Positions 36,283-48,246 of a stretch of DNA of 64,000 bases are shown here, piece by piece. Position numbers and translations under genes: made by a program. Positions within the stretch are counted from its first letter, which is position 1. The number at the start of each line of letters is the position of its first letter. Under the pieces are notes generated by a model. That model saw nothing but the letters and a program-made list of their open reading frames with translations, was not told the origin of the DNA and did no database searches. The DNA is from an uncultured candidate division Zixibacteria bacterium (GTDB lineage: Bacteria; Zixibacteria; MSB-5A5; UBA10806; 4484-95): the NCBI GenBank assembly GCA_963668625.2, contig CAXXKA010000008.1:224001-288000 (forward strand), read 5' to 3'.

Positions 36283-39254
36283 GTAAAGATAATAATAATA
36301 CGGGGAGAAAATACTGGCTAAGCCTGGAGCAGTTCAAGGATTCGCGCGAATATCGTAAAACGCTCTTGAAACGCTACCACGAAAATAACGAGGAAATGCC
36401 CAGCCAGATGAGCCGCCGCAATTTCTTGACCTTAATGGGCGCCTCTATGGCAATGGCCTCGTTGGCGGGATGCCGCCGGCCGGTCGAGAAGATAATACCA
36501 TACGTGGTGCAGCCCGAGGAGGTTGTTCCGGGTGTGCCGACATATTACGCCACCTCGATGCCTTTCGGCAATTCGGCGTTCGGGCTTATCGTGGAAACGC
36601 ACGAGGGCAGGCCCACCAAAATCGAGGGTAACCCCGATCACGACTCTACGATGGGAACCTCAAACTCACTGATACAGGCTTCGATACTCGGTTTATACGA
36701 TCCGGACCGCGCGAAAATTGTCAGGCACGATCAAACCGATGATAATTACGATAATTTCGTTACATTCTGGCGAGGTCAAATAGATAAATACAAATCGAAT
36801 AAAGGTAAGGGGTTGGCTTTTCTTTCCGAGCAATTCAGCTCGCCCACCCTGTCTTATCATAAAAAGGAAATTAAAAAAGCTTATCCGGATGCCAGGTGGG
36901 TATCTTGGGAACCCGTTAGTGATGAGAATATTTTCAGGGCGATAGAAAATTTAACCGGCAAGCAACTCAGGCCCGATTTCAAAACCGGTTCCGCGGATGT
37001 CATCCTGTCGCTCGATTCCGATTTTCTGCACTCCGAGAGCGAAAATATAAAGGCAGCGCGAGGCTTTGCCGATGGCCGTCGCATGAAAAGCGGTAAAGAT
37101 AAAATGAACCGCCTTTATGTAGTAGAGAACGCATTTTCGATAACCGGCGGCATGGCCGACCATCGCCTGAGAAAAAGAAGCGGCGAGATCGGCGAGTTCA
37201 CGCTGGCCCTGGCCGAGCAACTCAAACGACAGGGACTCGGCCTCCCCGATCTGCCTGAAAATAATAATCCCGATAAGGATGATAAATGGCTCGAGGCCCT
37301 GGCTAAAGATTTGATTTCCGCTAAAGGTAAAAGCCTGGTGGTTGCGGGTAGACGTCAACCGGTATGGGTGCACGAACTCGTGTTCGTGATAAACGAAGCT
37401 CTGGGGAATTTCGGAAGAACTATCGTTTTCCATAAAATAGATGATTCGGTTTTATCAAGCACGAACGACATGCGCGAACTCGCCAGGGCCATGCATGACG
37501 GCAAAGTCGGTACGCTGGTTATACTGGGTGGTAATCCGGTTTATGATGCCCCGGTTGATATAGAGTTCGAGAAGGCGCTCGGTAGGGTCGAGAACACGGT
37601 TCATTTCAGTGGCTATCTCGATGAGACCTCCAGACTGGTTGGCTGGCATATCCCTAAAGCGCATTATCTCGAAAGCTGGGGGGATGTTCGCTCGGATGAC
37701 GGTACTACCGGCGTAATTCAGCCGATGATCGAACCGTTGTTCGGTGGTAAGGCCGATGCCGAGTTTTACGCTTTGCTCTCCACCGGTCGCGATAAGCGCG
37801 GTTACGAAATAGTGCGCGAAACCTGGAAGAAAATGCTGTCAGGCGGCGATTTCGAGAAGAAGTGGCGACGGATTCTTCACGATGGCTTGCATAAAAATTC
37901 GACCTCGCCTGAGGTAAATGCTAAAATCAATAAAAATAGAATAAGAAAAGATACTTATAATGCTGAAAGTAAACCTGCCTCAATCGATAATCTCGAGGTG
38001 AATTTCTATCCCTCGCAGGTTTATGACGGCAGATTCGCCAATAACGGTTGGCTTCAGGAACTGCCCGATCCCGTGAGCAAAATATCCTGGGATAACGCGG
38101 CCCTGATAAATCCCAGGACTGCGAAAGAACTGGGGCTTTCCAACGCCGACATGATAGATCTCGAATTCGACGGCCGGAAATTAAACCTGCCGATCTGGAT
38201 CGTGCCCGGGCAGGCGAATTACACGGTTGGTTTGTATATGGGGTATGGCCGTGAGCGGGCGGGCAATGTCGGTAATAAGGTAGGATTCGATACGTATAGG
38301 ATTCGAACCTCCGGCTCGGATTATTTCGGTTCGGGCGCGAAAGCTATCGGCACCGGCGTGAAATACAAGATAGCCAATACGCAGGATCATAACAGCATGG
38401 AGGGACGCCCACTCATCCGCGAGGCGACGCTCGAGGAATATCGTGTTAATCCCGAGTTCGCCGAGGAGATGGTCGAGCATCCCCCGTTGAAATCGATCTA
38501 TGCCGACCACGACTACAGCAAAGGATATCAATGGGGTATGGTGATCGATTTGAATACCTGTATCGGCTGTAACGCTTGCACTATCGCCTGCCAGAGCGAG
38601 AACAATATCCCGATCGTTGGCAAAGAGCAAGTTGCTAACGGCCGCGAGATGCATTGGATTCGTAACGACAGATATTACTCGGGTGATGTCGACGAGCCGG
38701 AGATGGTCCACATGCCGGTTGCCTGTCAGCATTGCGAGAACGCTCCTTGCGAATCGGTTTGCCCGGTAGCGGCAACGTCTCACGATAAAGAGGGGCTTAA
38801 CGTGATGACCTACAACCGATGCATAGGAACTCGCTACTGTTCCAATAACTGCCCGTACAAAGTCAGGCGATTCAATTTCTTCAATTACACGAAAGATAAA
38901 AACGAAGTAGAGAAGATGAGCCAGAACCCGGATGTCACGGTCAGGTCGCGCGGTGTGATGGAGAAATGCACGTTCTGTATACAGCGAATAAATCGCGCCA
39001 AACAGAAAGCTAAAACCGAGGGCCGTCAGGTGGCTGATAACGAATTCCAGACAGCCTGTCAGCAGGCCTGCCCGACCCAGGCTATACAATTCGGGAATAT
39101 CAACAATCCCGAAAGCGAAGTATCGAAACAGAAACGTATCGACCGCAATTACGAACTCCTGGGCGAGTTGAACGTTCGTCCGCGTAATTCGTATCTGGCG
39201 AAAATCAGGAACCCGAATCCGGAATTGATAGATTATAAGACGATGGAAAGTTAA
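36279..39254 (+). CDS. actB: Alternative complex III subunit B (Tat-exported molybdopterin-oxidoreductase-like plus Fe-S domain)
   Basis: YWLSLEQ, SRRNFL Tat motif with LAGC, EGRPTKIEGNPDH, CIGCNACTIAC, CQHCENAPCESVCP, CIGTRYCSNNCP, EKCTFC. ATG 36279 overlaps the actA stop. Confidence 0.96.
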   Translation: MSKDNNNTGRKYWLSLEQFKDSREYRKTLLKRYHENNEEMPSQMSRRNFLTLMGASMAMASLAGCRRPVEKIIPYVVQPEEVVPGVPTYYATSMPFGNSAFGLIVETHEGRPTKIEGNPDHDSTMGTSNSLIQASILGLYDPDRAKIVRHDQTDDNYDNFVTFWRGQIDKYKSNKGKGLAFLSEQFSSPTLSYHKKEIKKAYPDARWVSWEPVSDENIFRAIENLTGKQLRPDFKTGSADVILSLDSDFLHSESENIKAARGFADGRRMKSGKDKMNRLYVVENAFSITGGMADHRLRKRSGEIGEFTLALAEQLKRQGLGLPDLPENNNPDKDDKWLEALAKDLISAKGKSLVVAGRRQPVWVHELVFVINEALGNFGRTIVFHKIDDSVLSSTNDMRELARAMHDGKVGTLVILGGNPVYDAPVDIEFEKALGRVENTVHFSGYLDETSRLVGWHIPKAHYLESWGDVRSDDGTTGVIQPMIEPLFGGKADAEFYALLSTGRDKRGYEIVRETWKKMLSGGDFEKKWRRILHDGLHKNSTSPEVNAKINKNRIRKDTYNAESKPASIDNLEVNFYPSQVYDGRFANNGWLQELPDPVSKISWDNAALINPRTAKELGLSNADMIDLEFDGRKLNLPIWIVPGQANYTVGLYMGYGRERAGNVGNKVGFDTYRIRTSGSDYFGSGAKAIGTGVKYKIANTQDHNSMEGRPLIREATLEEYRVNPEFAEEMVEHPPLKSIYADHDYSKGYQWGMVIDLNTCIGCNACTIACQSENNIPIVGKEQVANGREMHWIRNDRYYSGDVDEPEMVHMPVACQHCENAPCESVCPVAATSHDKEGLNVMTYNRCIGTRYCSNNCPYKVRRFNFFNYTKDKNEVEKMSQNPDVTVRSRGVMEKCTFCIQRINRAKQKAKTEGRQVADNEFQTACQQACPTQAIQFGNINNPESEVSKQKRIDRNYELLGELNVRPRNSYLAKIRNPNPELIDYKTMES

Positions 39255-39401
39255 TGATGGAATTGCTGATAAGAATGTTTGCATATATCGCCGGAAATCC
39301 TTTCCCGGCAAAATACCGTTTGATAAAAGTGGCAGGTAAAGATTCCTACCACCTCAGGCATTTTTTCAACGATTCCGATAAAATTTCACGATCGAGATAA
39401 C

Positions 39402-40793
39402 ATGAGCAGCCAATCTCAAAACATAGAAACAGCCGAGTCCCTGGACCCGCCGCTTCTTGGCGGCAAGCAAACATTCGCCGGCATTACCGATAAAATCAGC
39501 GGCATTACCGAACGTAAAACGCCGCCGGTGTGGTACCTGGCATTCGGCGCGGCTTTCTCGCTTCTGCTGGTACTGTTCGGCTCTATCGGCTACCTGGTAT
39601 GGGAGGGAGTCGGTATCTGGGGGTTGAACAATCCCGTAGGCTGGGGCTGGGCGATTATCAATTTCGTCTGGTGGGTCGGTATCGGCCACGCCGGTACGTT
39701 GATCTCGGCGGTACTGTTTCTTCTGAGACAGCGCTGGCGTACCTCGATAAACCGTTTTGCCGAGGCGATGACGTTATTCGCGGTCTCCTGCGCTTTGATT
39801 TTTCCGGCAATTCATGTCGGCAGGATCTGGATCGTATATTATATGTTCCCCCTGCCCAACCAGATGGGTATGTGGCCGAATTTCCGTTCGCCCCTTCTCT
39901 GGGACGTTTTCGCGGTAAGTACCTATTTCGCGGCCTCGCTATTGTTCTGGTTTACGGGCTTGATTCCCGACCTGGCGACAATGCGCGACCGGGCCGTATC
40001 CAAAACGAAAAAGATCATCCTGGGCATACTCGCTCTGGGCTGGCGCGGCGGCAACAGACAATGGCGGCACTACGAACTGGCTTATTTGATATTGGCCGGT
40101 ATCTCCACGCCGCTGGTGCTATCGGTTCATAGCGTGGTCAGTACCGACTTTGCCATAAGCATACTGCCGGGCTGGCACACTACGATATTCCCGCCCTATT
40201 TCGTGGCCGGTGCGATATTCTCCGGTTTCGCGATGGTAGTCACGCTTTCGATTATCGCCCGTAAGATTTATAAATTGGATGATATCATCACGGTAAGCCA
40301 TCTGGAGAAAATGAACAAGATCATGCTGGCAACCGGTATGATGGTTGGTTACGCTTACAGCATGGAATTTTTCATCGCCTGGTACAGCGGTAATATTTAC
40401 GAGCAATTCGCGTTTATCAACAGGGCGTTCGGAAATTACGCCTGGGCGTACTGGATCATGATATCGTGCAACGTACTGGTGCCGCAAATATTTTGGATAA
40501 AGAAATGGCGCAGGAGTATTAAGGTAATGTTTATCGCCAGCATACTGATAAATATCGGCATGTGGTTCGAGCGCTTCGTGATCGTGGTAACCTCCCTGTC
40601 GCGCGATTTTTTACCGGCCAACTGGGACTATTACAAACCGACTATATGGGATATCAGCACCTTCATCGGTTCGTTCGGATTGTTTTTCACGCTGTTCTTA
40701 CTGTTTATCAGGTTCCTGCCTATGGTTTCGATGTCGGAGATTAAAAGCGTATTGCCGGAAGCCGATCCTCATCACGCCGGAGGAGGTCATTAA
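39402..40793 (+). CDS. actC: Alternative complex III subunit C (NrfD family quinol-binding membrane protein)
   Basis: [61 protein letters not shown]. Confidence 0.96.
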   Translation: MSSQSQNIETAESLDPPLLGGKQTFAGITDKISGITERKTPPVWYLAFGAAFSLLLVLFGSIGYLVWEGVGIWGLNNPVGWGWAIINFVWWVGIGHAGTLISAVLFLLRQRWRTSINRFAEAMTLFAVSCALIFPAIHVGRIWIVYYMFPLPNQMGMWPNFRSPLLWDVFAVSTYFAASLLFWFTGLIPDLATMRDRAVSKTKKIILGILALGWRGGNRQWRHYELAYLILAGISTPLVLSVHSVVSTDFAISILPGWHTTIFPPYFVAGAIFSGFAMVVTLSIIARKIYKLDDIITVSHLEKMNKIMLATGMMVGYAYSMEFFIAWYSGNIYEQFAFINRAFGNYAWAYWIMISCNVLVPQIFWIKKWRRSIKVMFIASILINIGMWFERFVIVVTSLSRDFLPANWDYYKPTIWDISTFIGSFGLFFTLFLLFIRFLPMVSMSEIKSVLPEADPHHAGGGH

Positions 40794-41341
40794 TGCCTGA
40801 TGTCACTAATTCCAAAACACTGGGCATGCTCGGTCAATTCGATGGTACCGCTGAATTGATGAGGGCCGCGAAGAAGTTTCACGAGGCCGGTTATAAAAAG
40901 TACGACTGCCATTCACCGTTTCCGATTCACGGCATGGATCAGGCGATGGGTTTGAAACGTTCCCCGTTAGGCTGGATAGTCGGATTGGCGGCAATTATCG
41001 GCACTACTGGAGCGCTGGCGTTGCAGTGGTGGACCAGTACGATCGATTACCCGCTGGTTATTTCGGGCAAGCCGTTTTTCAGCTACCAGGCGTACACGCC
41101 GATTACTTTCGCGCTGGGCGTGCTGCTCTCGGCGGTCGCGGCGTTGGTAGGCATGCTGGCCTTGAACGGTCTGCCGAGGTTCAATCATCCCGTATTCAAC
41201 TCCGATCGGTTCGCCGAGGCCACCGACGACGGTTTCTTCATTACGGTGGAATCGGGTGATCCGTTATTCGATGCGAACGATACCAGATCGTTTTTCGAAT
41301 CACTGGGTGGAAAGAATATCGAAATTCTCGAGGAGCAATGA
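40793..41341 (+). CDS. actD: Alternative complex III subunit D (DUF3341)
   Basis: SPFPIHGMDQAMG, DYPLVISGKP, two TM helices, position in the act cluster. Confidence 0.94.
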   Translation: MPDVTNSKTLGMLGQFDGTAELMRAAKKFHEAGYKKYDCHSPFPIHGMDQAMGLKRSPLGWIVGLAAIIGTTGALALQWWTSTIDYPLVISGKPFFSYQAYTPITFALGVLLSAVAALVGMLALNGLPRFNHPVFNSDRFAEATDDGFFITVESGDPLFDANDTRSFFESLGGKNIEILEEQ

Positions 41342-41970
41342 GAACAATTAAAGATCATAAACGATTGAAGCGAGCGTCCGTAATATTTCTCGTACTCACG
41401 CTAGCTATAGTGGCGGGCTGTACGAGGGAACAACCCTCGGATAAACCGCCGATACATCTGAACCCCAACATGGACAGCCAGCCGAAATACAAAGCTCAAT
41501 CGGAAAGCGAATTTTTCGAGGATCGCGCTACCATGCGCACCCCCGTTGCCGGAACGGTTGCCCGGGATGACCTTCGCGAAGATGACAGGTACTACAAAGG
41601 TAAGAATCCCGATGGCTCTTTCGTGAGTAAAGCGCCGGTTACCGTAAACAGCCAGCTACTCGACAGAGGCCGGGAGCGTTTCGATATTTATTGCTCACCG
41701 TGTCACAGCCGTGTCGGGGATGGCCGAGGTATCATGGTCGATCGCGGGTACGTACCGCCGCCGACTTTCCATTCCGAGAGAATCAGGGAGATGCCTGCCG
41801 GCGAGATATTCGGGGTAATCACCAACGGTATTCGCAATATGCCGAGCTACCGTCACCAGATACCCCCCGATGACCGTTGGGCGATTATCGCTTATTTGAG
41901 AGCCTTACAGAGAAGCCGTAACGCGACCATGGATGATATTCCTATCGAATTGAGGGAGACCGTAAAATAA
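41338..41970 (+). CDS. actE: Alternative complex III monoheme cytochrome c lipoprotein
   Basis: Lipobox VAGC, NMDSQPKYKAQ, CSPCH, MPSY, DRWAIIAY. Confidence 0.94.
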   Translation: MRTIKDHKRLKRASVIFLVLTLAIVAGCTREQPSDKPPIHLNPNMDSQPKYKAQSESEFFEDRATMRTPVAGTVARDDLREDDRYYKGKNPDGSFVSKAPVTVNSQLLDRGRERFDIYCSPCHSRVGDGRGIMVDRGYVPPPTFHSERIREMPAGEIFGVITNGIRNMPSYRHQIPPDDRWAIIAYLRALQRSRNATMDDIPIELRETVK

Positions 41971-41971
41971 C

Positions 41972-43162
41972 GTGGCTATTAAACTTAATAACGAAACATA
42001 TAAGCTGACCGAAGGCGGTAATCTCGGCAAGATATCGCTGACAATCGGCATAGTCGGGCTGGCGCTTAGTTTGCTGGGTTACTTCATGGATTCCAAGCAG
42101 TTTTTCCATTCCTACTTGACCGCTTTCATGTTCTGGACTTCAATCGGTCTGGGCGGGCTGTTTTTCGTGATGATTCATCACTTGACCTCGGCTACCTGGA
42201 GTATCGTACTGAGACGGCTTTTCGAAAATATCATGTGCGCCCTACCGGTCATGGCAGTACTTGCTCTTCCCATAATAGCGGGGATCGGCGACCTGTATCA
42301 CTGGAGCCATCACGATGCCGTCGCCTCCGATCATTTATTGCAAGACAAGGCTCCTTACCTGAATACTACTTTCTTTATTATAAGGATGGTTGGTTATTTC
42401 TTAATCTGGTTCGTGCTCGCGCGACTATTATATAAAACATCCCTGGAACAAGATACGGGAAGCAACAAGGCTCATATCGCTAAGATGAGAAAGATCAGCG
42501 CGCCGGGCATTATCCTGTTTGCCTTTACCCTGACATTCGCCTCGTTCGATTGGCTCATGTCATTGGATGCTCATTGGTATTCGACGATATTCGGCGCTTA
42601 CGTGTTCGCCGGCGGCGTTGTTTCCATGTTCAGTTTCACCGTTCTTTTCGTGATGTATTTCAAGCGCAATGGTATACTGGGCAAAGAGGTGACAGTCGAG
42701 CATTATCATGATCTGGGAAAATTGATATTCACTTTCGTAGTGTTCTGGGGATACATGGCGTTCTCGCAATATTTCCTGATCTGGTACGGTAATATCCCCG
42801 AGGAGACTGTCTGGTTTTTACATCGCTGGCAAGGCTCTTGGAAGATATTCACCCTGCTGATAGTATTCGGGCATTTCGGTGTGCCGTTTTTCGGGCTGTT
42901 CCCGCAGGACGCCAAGAAAAACAAAATCGTGCTTACTACCATGGCGTTGTGGGTGCTGCTGATGCACTGGGTGGATTTGTACTGGCTGGTCATGCCATCA
43001 CTATATCACGAGGGAGCGCATCTCTCCTGGATGGATTTAACGACGATGCTTGGCGTTGGGGGTGTGTATGTCTGGGTATTCTGGCGCAAAGTAATTTCGC
43101 AACCGCTTCTGCCGGTTAACGATCCGAGGCTGCGAAATTCCATGAATTTCGTTAATCACTGA
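41972..43162 (+). CDS. actF: Alternative complex III subunit F
   Basis: Polytopic membrane protein; DWLMSLDAHWYSTIFG, HDLGK, FSQYFLIWYGNIPEE. Confidence 0.94.
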   Translation: MAIKLNNETYKLTEGGNLGKISLTIGIVGLALSLLGYFMDSKQFFHSYLTAFMFWTSIGLGGLFFVMIHHLTSATWSIVLRRLFENIMCALPVMAVLALPIIAGIGDLYHWSHHDAVASDHLLQDKAPYLNTTFFIIRMVGYFLIWFVLARLLYKTSLEQDTGSNKAHIAKMRKISAPGIILFAFTLTFASFDWLMSLDAHWYSTIFGAYVFAGGVVSMFSFTVLFVMYFKRNGILGKEVTVEHYHDLGKLIFTFVVFWGYMAFSQYFLIWYGNIPEETVWFLHRWQGSWKIFTLLIVFGHFGVPFFGLFPQDAKKNKIVLTTMALWVLLMHWVDLYWLVMPSLYHEGAHLSWMDLTTMLGVGGVYVWVFWRKVISQPLLPVNDPRLRNSMNFVNH

Positions 43163-43525
43163 TTGGATGAGACTGATATGACCGATAAAATAGAATCGAA
43201 TGAAAACCACGATAGCCGGGCCGGTTACGAGAAGCGGGATATCAACGCCGTTAAAGTGCTGATACTGGGCGCTATCGGCGCGGTCGTGATTATTATACTA
43301 TTGGTGATAATGTATCAATACTTCGCCTCATCATCTCGCAAGATGGTCGAGGATGTGGTATTGAAACCTCAATCGGTGGCAATCCGCGAACTTCGCGCCC
43401 GAGAGACCGAGGAGCTAAACAGCTACAAACTTCTGGATGCCGAAAAGGGAATTTACAGAATCCCCATTGACAGGGCTATGCAGCTTATCGCCGATGAGGC
43501 GTACCAGGAGAGAAAGAGTAACTAA
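43163..43525 (+). CDS. actG: Alternative complex III subunit G-like single-TM protein
   Basis: GYEKRDIN, one TM helix, LNSYKLLD..KGIYRIPIDRAM; follows actF. An alternative start lies at ATG 43178. Confidence 0.8.
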   Translation: MDETDMTDKIESNENHDSRAGYEKRDINAVKVLILGAIGAVVIIILLVIMYQYFASSSRKMVEDVVLKPQSVAIRELRARETEELNSYKLLDAEKGIYRIPIDRAMQLIADEAYQERKSN

Positions 43526-43548
43526 ACGGGGGGATAATCAGTATCGTC

Positions 43549-44400
43549 ATGAAAAATACAATGAATAATCAGATCAATATAATAGCCATCACATTGGCGT
43601 TACTCACGCTATTGGGCGCCTCCGAATTATCCGCTCAGACGGTCAAGGAGGACCCGGAAGAGCTTCGCGATATCGATGTCAAGGAGCATCTGAATGAATT
43701 TATTCCCCTGGACTTGCAGTTTACCGATGACAGGGGCGAGCAAATCGAGCTGAGTAAATATTTCGGCAACGATAAGCCGGTGATATTGATCCTCGGCTAT
43801 TATTCCTGCCCGATGCTGTGTAACCTGATAATGAACGGTGTCAGCGAGGCCATGAAAGAGTTGGCCTGGCAACCCGGTAAAGAGTTTCAGATTGTCAGTG
43901 TCACGATCGACCCGACGGAAACCCCGGTATTGGCTGCGGCCAAGAAAGCTAATTATATAAAAGAAATCGGTAAGCCGGGAATCGAAAACGGCTGGGATTT
44001 CCTGACCGGCCCGGAGGCAAACTCGCGGACGTTGGCGGATGCCGTCGGATTCGAATATTATTATGATGAGAAACAGGAGATGTACGCGCACCCGGCCGTA
44101 CTCGTAATACTGACGCCGGAGGGCAAGATATCTCGTTACCTGTATGGCATAGAATATCCCGAACGTGATTTACGTTTCGCGTTGTTGGAAGCCTCCGAGG
44201 GTAAAGTCGGTAACACGTTGGATAAGATCGTGCTGTATTGTTATCACTACGATCCCGACGCCGGAAGTTATGTGGTGTTCGCCGGTAATGTCATGCGCCT
44301 GGGCGGATTTATCACATTGATACTTTTCGGGGTATTTTTGATGGGGCTGTGGCTGAAAGAACGTCGCAAGAAAGGCGCGACCTCGGTAGCAGCGTCATGA
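43549..44400 (+). CDS. SCO1/SenC family protein (ACIII-associated)
   Basis: YYSCPMLC (CxxxC), YAHPA, C-terminal TM helix. Confidence 0.92.
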   Translation: MKNTMNNQINIIAITLALLTLLGASELSAQTVKEDPEELRDIDVKEHLNEFIPLDLQFTDDRGEQIELSKYFGNDKPVILILGYYSCPMLCNLIMNGVSEAMKELAWQPGKEFQIVSVTIDPTETPVLAAAKKANYIKEIGKPGIENGWDFLTGPEANSRTLADAVGFEYYYDEKQEMYAHPAVLVILTPEGKISRYLYGIEYPERDLRFALLEASEGKVGNTLDKIVLYCYHYDPDAGSYVVFAGNVMRLGGFITLILFGVFLMGLWLKERRKKGATSVAAS

Positions 44401-44521
44401 TCATGTTATTAATACTAAAGCGAAGATAATTAGTGAGGTGATGGGAAGCCTTTCCCGCCACCGTATCTAATTTGTAGAGATTGATTCAATGTAAAACGAT
44501 CGAAAACGAATGTAAGTGAGA

Positions 44522-45469
44522 ATGGATACTACCGGAACATTATTCATGCCTCCGGGCGGCTCTACTATAGCCGGCGAGGTTGACGCGTTATTCTATTTCA
44601 TGGTTTACGCCTCGATAGCGTTATTCGCGATCGTGGTGTTCGGTATGATATTTTTCAGCCTGAGATACCGCCATAAAAGCCAGGAACAGGATTCTACCAC
44701 ACCGGGGATAACGCATAACACCAAACTGGAATTACTCTGGTCCGTCATACCGACCATAATGGTTATCATCGTGTTCTTCTGGGGGTTCAATGTCTACCTG
44801 AAAATGAACGTAGTCCCTAAAGATGCTATAGAGATAAAAGTAACGGGTCAGAAATGGTTCTGGACATTCGATTATCCCGAGGGTATCAACATGGTTAACG
44901 AGCTTGTGGTACCGGTGGGCAAACCGATTAAGCTGCTCATGTCCTCCAGGGATGTTATACATAGTTTTTTCGTACCTGATTTCAGAATCAAGATGGACGT
45001 GTTACCCAATCGCTATACTATCACCTGGTTCGAGGCCACCGGAATCGGCGAGCATAACCTGTTCTGCGCGGAATTCTGCGGCGACAGCCATTCGGATATG
45101 ATAGGCAAGGTCAAGGTGGTCTCCGAGCGAGAATACGATGCCTGGCTTGAAACCGGCGCCGGTGGCGGCGAGGATATGCCCGCCGATAAGCTCGGAGAGA
45201 AACTCTTTCGAACGAGAGCGTGTTATACCTGTCATAGCGTCGAGGGTAAGGCCGCGGTCGGGCCTCACCTGAATGGTGTGTTCGGTAAATCGGTGCGATT
45301 GAAAGACGGCAAAACCGTAACCGTGGATGAGAACTACATTCGCGAATCGGTGCTCGAGCCGCAGGCATCCATCGTGGATGGTTTCCAGCCGGTGATGCCG
45401 ACATACCAGGGTATCTTGAATGACCGTCAAATCGATGCCTTGATTGCATACATAAAATCTTTAAAGTAG
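44522..45469 (+). CDS. coxB: Cytochrome c oxidase subunit II with fused cytochrome c (caa3 type)
   Basis: DVIHSF, CuA motif CAEFCGDSHSDM, C-terminal CYTCH and MP. Confidence 0.96.
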   Translation: MDTTGTLFMPPGGSTIAGEVDALFYFMVYASIALFAIVVFGMIFFSLRYRHKSQEQDSTTPGITHNTKLELLWSVIPTIMVIIVFFWGFNVYLKMNVVPKDAIEIKVTGQKWFWTFDYPEGINMVNELVVPVGKPIKLLMSSRDVIHSFFVPDFRIKMDVLPNRYTITWFEATGIGEHNLFCAEFCGDSHSDMIGKVKVVSEREYDAWLETGAGGGEDMPADKLGEKLFRTRACYTCHSVEGKAAVGPHLNGVFGKSVRLKDGKTVTVDENYIRESVLEPQASIVDGFQPVMPTYQGILNDRQIDALIAYIKSLK

Positions 45470-45483
45470 GTTGGTGATCAAAA

Positions 45484-47097
45484 ATGAATACCATCCCGGA
45501 AACGAATTATTTAAACGCCGATAAAGGTATCAGGTCGTGGATATTTTCCCTCGATCACAAACGTATCGGGGTATTGTACCTGTTCAGTATCATGGCGGCG
45601 TTCTTTATCGGTGGTATGTTCGCCCTGATGATCAGGCTGGAGCTACTAGGCCCCGGCAAGGATTTCATCGAGGCTAAAACATACAACCAGGTATTCACTC
45701 TTCACGGGGCAGTGATGATATTCCTGTTTATCATCCCCTCGATTCCCGCGGCGCTGGGTAATTTCCTTTTGCCGCAGATGATCGGTGCCAAAGATGTGGC
45801 GTTTCCTAAACTAAACCTGGCCAGTTGGTGGATATACATTTTCGGATCGGTGTTCGCGGTTTACTCGATCGCTTCGGGCTCCGTCGATACCGGTTGGACA
45901 TTTTACACGCCGTACAGTACGGAAACAACGAGCTCGGTGGTCTCGATGACGCTGGGGGTGTTTATCCTCGGTTTCTCCTCGATATTTACCGGGCTGAATT
46001 TCATAGTCACGATTCATAAGATGAGAACGCCGGGACAGACCTGGTTTCAGCTCCCGTTATTCGTGTGGGGCCTGTATGCCACCGCTATCATTCAGGTGCT
46101 GGCAACGCCGGTTCTGGGTATCACGCTGCTGCTTCTTATACTCGAACGAGTCGTAGGAATCGGCATATTCGATCCGGCCATGGGTGGCGATCCGGTGCTG
46201 TATCAGCATTTCTTCTGGTTCTATTCCCATCCGGCGGTGTATATAATGATACTTCCGGGCATGGGTATTATCAGCGAATTGATTTCGACTTTTTCAAAAA
46301 AGAAAATATTCGGCTATAAGGCAATTGCCTATTCCAGCCTGGCCATCGCATTCATAAGTTTCCTGGTCTGGGGGCATCACATGTTCGTCAGCGGTCAATC
46401 GCAACTGGCGGCGATGATATTCTCGTTCCTGACATTCCTCGTCGGCATACCCTCGGGTATAAAGGTGTTCAACTGGCTGGCAACTCTTTATAAAGGCCAT
46501 ATCACTTTTGAAACCCCGATGCTGTACGCCCTGTCGTTTTTATTCCTGTTTACCATCGGCGGGCTTACCGGCATATTCCTGGGCGCGCTGGCCACGGATG
46601 TTCATCTACACGACACTTATTTCGTAGTGGCTCATTTTCATTACGTGATGGTAGGCGGTACGGTGATGGCTTTCCTGGGCGGAATACATTACTGGTGGCC
46701 GAAAATCTGGGGCCGGATGTATAACGAGACATTGGCGAAAATCGCAGCGGCCTTCGTATTCGTAGGTTTTAACATGACATTTTTTACGCAATTTATTCTA
46801 GGCTCTAAAGGCATGCCGCGTCGCTATTACAACTACCTGGATCAATTCCAGCCGTTGCATGGTTTCAGCTCAATTGGCTCGATGGTAATGGCCGTTGGTT
46901 TCTTCCTTATGGCTTTCTATTTGATTCACGCTATTTTCAAAGGCAAGGTCGCGGGAAACAATCCCTGGGGAGCGTTAACCATGGAGTGGGAAACCACCTC
47001 ACCTCCGCCGAAAGAGAATTTCTTGCAAACCCCGACTTTCAAACACGGGCCATACGATTACGATAAGATAGTACCCGAAAGGACATTCAAACGGTGA
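45484..47097 (+). CDS. coxA: Cytochrome c oxidase subunit I (type A2)
   Basis: [29 protein letters not shown] (YS motif), [25 protein letters not shown]. Confidence 0.97.
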   Translation: MNTIPETNYLNADKGIRSWIFSLDHKRIGVLYLFSIMAAFFIGGMFALMIRLELLGPGKDFIEAKTYNQVFTLHGAVMIFLFIIPSIPAALGNFLLPQMIGAKDVAFPKLNLASWWIYIFGSVFAVYSIASGSVDTGWTFYTPYSTETTSSVVSMTLGVFILGFSSIFTGLNFIVTIHKMRTPGQTWFQLPLFVWGLYATAIIQVLATPVLGITLLLLILERVVGIGIFDPAMGGDPVLYQHFFWFYSHPAVYIMILPGMGIISELISTFSKKKIFGYKAIAYSSLAIAFISFLVWGHHMFVSGQSQLAAMIFSFLTFLVGIPSGIKVFNWLATLYKGHITFETPMLYALSFLFLFTIGGLTGIFLGALATDVHLHDTYFVVAHFHYVMVGGTVMAFLGGIHYWWPKIWGRMYNETLAKIAAAFVFVGFNMTFFTQFILGSKGMPRRYYNYLDQFQPLHGFSSIGSMVMAVGFFLMAFYLIHAIFKGKVAGNNPWGALTMEWETTSPPPKENFLQTPTFKHGPYDYDKIVPERTFKR

Positions 47098-47747
47098 CAG
47101 ACGATCACGCCGTAAATCATCCCAGGAATCTGGCTCATCACTTTAGCGAGCCCCAGCAGCAGCGCGAATCCGCCAAGCTGGGAATGTGGATATTCCTGCT
47201 TACGGAGATTCTTCTGTTCGGCGGCCTGTTCGTGGCTTATTCGATTTATCGTGTCTGGCAGCCGGATATGTTCGTGAACGCGCATAAGTTTCTTAATGTG
47301 TACATGGGTACGCTGAACACAATAGTACTTATTTCAAGCTCGGTAACCATGGCCCTGGCTATCAGGTATATCCAGCTTGATGATCGTAAAAAAGCGATAA
47401 TGTTTCTCGTTAGTACGCTGGTACTGGCGGGCGTGTTTTTAGTAGTGAAATATTTCGAATACAGTCACAAGTTTCATCTCGGACAGCTTCCCGGTAAATA
47501 TTACACTTTCTCGGGTGTCAAAGGCGACAACCCGCACATATTTTTCAGCATTTATTTCATGATGACCGGGCTTCACGGTATACACGTACTGGCGGGTATG
47601 GGGACGATCATCTGGATTTTAAAAAGGACGATACGCGGTGATTTCTCCCCGGAATATTTTACGCCAATGGAGTTGACCGGGTTGTACTGGCATTTAGTGG
47701 ATTTGATCTGGATATACCTGTTTCCGTTACTTTACCTGATAGGTTGA
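47094..47747 (+). CDS. coxC: Cytochrome c oxidase subunit III
   Basis: [44 protein letters not shown]. Confidence 0.96.
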   Translation: MTDDHAVNHPRNLAHHFSEPQQQRESAKLGMWIFLLTEILLFGGLFVAYSIYRVWQPDMFVNAHKFLNVYMGTLNTIVLISSSVTMALAIRYIQLDDRKKAIMFLVSTLVLAGVFLVVKYFEYSHKFHLGQLPGKYYTFSGVKGDNPHIFFSIYFMMTGLHGIHVLAGMGTIIWILKRTIRGDFSPEYFTPMELTGLYWHLVDLIWIYLFPLLYLIG

Positions 47748-47748
47748 T

Positions 47749-48168
47749 ATGACGGCGAATCATGTATCTAAAATAGAAGCTCACGTAATACCGCTTAAGA
47801 CTTACCTGACGGTGGGTTTTGCGCTGATAGTGTTGACCGCTATCACGGTGGGAGTATCGTTTATCGACCTGGGCGGTTGGAATGCTATCGTAGCGGTTGT
47901 TATCGCCTCGGTCAAGGCGACGCTGGTGGCGTTCATATTCATGCATCTCTGGTATGATAAGAAAATATTCCTGATAATATTCTTAGTAGCTATGACATTT
48001 TTAACTATCTTCATCGGCTTAACGATGTTCGATACGGTCGATCGCGGCCGTATACATTTCGAATCGGAGAGGCCGATCGAGCATAATGCGAAAATGTATA
48101 ACGACATGTCACCCGATTCTAGCATCGAAAGCCCCGACTCGTTGACGCATGAGTCGGAACATCATTAG
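47749..48168 (+). CDS. coxD: Cytochrome c oxidase subunit IV
   Basis: Three TM helices, IASVKATLVAFIFMHL. Confidence 0.9.
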   Translation: MTANHVSKIEAHVIPLKTYLTVGFALIVLTAITVGVSFIDLGGWNAIVAVVIASVKATLVAFIFMHLWYDKKIFLIIFLVAMTFLTIFIGLTMFDTVDRGRIHFESERPIEHNAKMYNDMSPDSSIESPDSLTHESEHH

Positions 48169-48246
48169 AACAACTAATAGCGTTGAAAATTGAATAGATC
48201 TGTAGTAAATACGAGTAGCACGGTTTAACAAGGGATGGTGTAGGAT

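Noticed and set aside
38181-39311. Long antisense ORFs (376 aa here, and many shorter ones opposite act/cox and array genes)
   Set aside because: These are shadows of well-supported genes with biased codon usage and show no motifs or RBS.
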